A DNA stretch of 16,128 nucleotides from Tolypothrix carrinoi HA7290-LM1. GTDB taxonomy: Bacteria > Cyanobacteriota > Cyanobacteriia > Cyanobacteriales > Nostocaceae. Shown in pieces: positions 14,493 through 16,128 of this stretch. Position 1 is the first letter of the stretch, and each line of letters begins with the position of its first letter. A model generated the notes under the pieces. It saw only the letters and a program-made list of their open reading frames with translations, was not told the origin of the DNA and did not search any database. The stretch spans positions 1 to 16,128 of the forward strand of contig JAHHIK010000150.1 in NCBI GenBank assembly GCA_019358935.1, written 5' to 3'. The translations under genes and the position numbers were made by a program.

Positions 14493-14891
14493 ATGAAAAA
14501 AATTATTTCCGCTAGTTTAGTAGTTTTGGCTGCTACTACTGGTTTTTTACTCAACAATCAGCCTGTTCAAGCTCATCGACGTTACAATTATGGTGGGTAT
14601 CCCTACTACCATCGCTATCGTTATCGTATAGAGCCAATAAGATACTGCTTTCCTACAACTCAATGGCTGGTTGACGAAGACCCCGCTTATCACCCTCAAG
14701 CTTACTCCGACGGCTACCGCCAAGGACAGACGAGCGCTAAAAAAGGTCAAAAGTACAAACCGCGTACTGCTGGGGGCGAATTTGCTCGCGGTTTCGATGA
14801 TGGTTATTACGGAAAGCAATTTGCCGGTCAAAAAAACATTGTTCCAAACGTTATTAAACCATACACTACAACAGAATGTAGTTTGTATTGA
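14493..14891 (+). CDS. Small secreted hypothetical protein
   Basis: Sec-type signal MKKIISASLVVLAATTGFLLNNQPVQA, a Tyr/Arg-rich segment, YSDGYRQG and FARGFDDGY motifs, and two Cys. GGAG upstream. Confidence 0.75.
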   Translation: MKKIISASLVVLAATTGFLLNNQPVQAHRRYNYGGYPYYHRYRYRIEPIRYCFPTTQWLVDEDPAYHPQAYSDGYRQGQTSAKKGQKYKPRTAGGEFARGFDDGYYGKQFAGQKNIVPNVIKPYTTTECSLY

Positions 14892-14894
14892 TTT

Positions 14895-14944
14895 CGTAGT
14901 GAGGACTGAAGTCCTCTCATATAAGAACTGAAGTCCTTACTACG
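14895..14944. repeat. GTAG-type REP-like inverted doublet, possible terminator
   Basis: CGTAGTGAGGACTGAAGTCCTC...AAGAACTGAAGTCCTTACTACG. A related unit CGTAGTAAGCACTGAAGTGCTTA lies at 15581-15603. Confidence 0.7.
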
Positions 14945-14979
14945 ATATTAAATTGAAATATCTGGAGTTTTGTTAACCT

Positions 14980-15579
14980 GTGCTTTCTTCTCAATTACCG
15001 ACAATTAACGCTCTAAAACAACCTACCAGTTCTGCTTGGGTAGAACAAGCGATCGCTAATTTAGATATTATTCTTCTTGACCACTCCCACTGCGAACGCA
15101 AAGCAGCGGGTGTCGCTTTAAATATGATGTTTCGCTATCCTTCCAATACCAAAATGGTACGGGAATTAACTGCGATCGCTCGTGAAGAATTAGAACATTT
15201 TGAGCTAGTTAATCAATGGCTTGAACGTCGAAATATCCCCCTTGCCCCATTATCACCACCTCCCTACGGTGCGGGTTTAAAAGCACAAGTTCGTCCCCAA
15301 GAACCAGAACGATTTTTAGATTCTTTATTAGTTACCGGTTTAATTGAAGCCCGCAGTCACGAACGCTTGGGATTATTAGCTACCCATTGTCCAGAACCAG
15401 AATTAGCTAAATTTTATCGCGGTTTGATGGCATCCGAAGCGCGGCACTTCGGTACGTATTGGGTTTTAGCTGATACTTACTTTGATCGGTAAATTGTCAG
15501 GCAGCGGTTGGATGAATTAGCAATTGCCGAAAGTGAATTACTATCAACTTTGCACCCAGAACCAAGAATTCATAGTTAA
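14980..15579 (+). pseudogene. miaE: tRNA-(ms2io6A)-hydroxylase MiaE with in-frame premature TAA at 15490-15492
   Basis: Di-iron motifs DHSHCERKAA, EELEHF, IEARSHER and SEARH. After the TAA the frame continues IVRQRLDELAIAESELLSTLHPEPRIHS*, the normal MiaE C-terminus. Confidence 0.88.
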
Positions 15580-15624
15580 TCGTAGTAAGCACTGAAGTGC
15601 TTAAAATAGGCGTTTTAATGCGTA

Positions 15625-15758
15625 CTAAGTAGGTTGGCGTTAAAAATTGTCGTTATGACAAGGCAGCTATGCTGAGGGCAGAAGGCAGAAGGGAAGAGGT
15701 TTTTGGACAATTTTACTTTTCGTTACATACTTCGGTTTTTTTGTGCCTTTCTACTTAG
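15625..15758. mobile_element. Degenerate MITE-like element with CTAAGTAG / CTACTTAG termini
   Basis: Termini match at about 16/22 as an inverted pair. Internal GGCAGAA repeats. The end motif is related to that of 3928-4091. Confidence 0.6.
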
Positions 15759-15822
15759 AAACTTTTATATTGTATTTAAGCGAGATTTGGGCAAACGGTA
15801 GTTAGTATGTCCAAATCATGTA

Positions 15823-15837
15823 TAGTACATATGTACA
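15823..15837. promoter_or_regulatory. Putative cyanobacterial LexA box upstream of the VOC gene
   Basis: TAGTACATATGTACA has a GTAC-N4-GTAC palindromic core close to the RGTAC-N3-D-GTWC-B consensus, about 18 nt before the ATG. Confidence 0.45.
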
Positions 15838-15854
15838 ATGCATAAGTCCTAAAT

Positions 15855-16010
15855 ATGACCCTCCAGTTCACATATGTAAGACTGCTAGTCTCCAATTTCG
15901 AGGCTTGCTTTGTTTTTTATCGAGATATCATGGGATTTGATATCGCTTGGGGCGATGAAAATGGTGCGTATGCTGAGTTTAAAACCGGAGATACCAAGCT
16001 TGCTTTATAA
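15855..16010 (+). pseudogene. VOC/glyoxalase-bleomycin resistance family gene interrupted by the IS
   Basis: MTLQFTYVRLLVSNFEACFVFYRDIMGFDIAWGDENGAYAEFKTGDTKLAL* is the first VOC module only. The stop T|AA is created at the IS junction. Confidence 0.85.
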
Positions 16011-16128
16011 GAGGTATGCTGAAAACCCCTTGGCTTTAGCCAGGGGATGAAAGCTACGATGCAGGGTTAACCAAGCGCCGTGATATTTTCTTTTAGTGGT
16101 TCCGGCAAAGTATCAAGCAAGTCTTCAA
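16009..16128 (+). mobile_element. Second copy of the IS200/IS605-type element end, truncated by the window edge
   Basis: Identical inverted copy of 2-121. Hairpin at 16026-16046. Inserted directly 3' of TTTAT (16004-16008). Confidence 0.72.

Noticed and set aside
15490..15492. Programmed recoding (selenocysteine or pyrrolysine) in miaE
   Set aside because: The codon is TAA, not TGA or TAG, and TAA is used as a normal stop throughout the window.
1..16128. Composite transposon or linear replicon with terminal inverted repeats
   Set aside because: Both copies present the same end inward, one splits a chromosomal-type gene, and the cargo includes housekeeping miaE. Independent insertions at contig breaks explain it more simply.

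Overview
AT-rich DNA from a filamentous cyanobacterium, probably Nostocales. About 23 HIP1 GCGATCGC octamers were counted by eye, and heptamer STRR tracts and many small dispersed repeats are present. Both window ends carry the same 125-bp sequence in inverted orientation (2-126 and 16004-16128). It looks like the left end of an IS200/IS605-type element, and the right-hand copy truncates a VOC/glyoxalase gene. The left 2.5 kb is decayed: a DUF433 antitoxin whose partner toxin appears cut off by a MITE, a 5'-truncated caspase-family gene, a 21-bp tandem array, and CHAT-protein and AraC-like fragments. Next come a class-III aminotransferase and a DUF1338/HglS-like dioxygenase, possibly for lysine or 2-oxoadipate catabolism. 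The centrepiece is a co-oriented cluster at 5178-14370 resembling the actinobacterial PknG signalling locus: helical protein, PknG-type kinase (rubredoxin-kinase-TPR), GNAT, Zn-ribbon PP2C, vWA, Zn-ribbon FHA and a GlnX-like 4-TM sensor, with no GlnH in the window. A small secreted protein and a miaE gene with one premature TAA follow. Intergenic and coding regions contain nested, structured mini-repeats. All family assignments come from motif recognition by eye, not from database searches.
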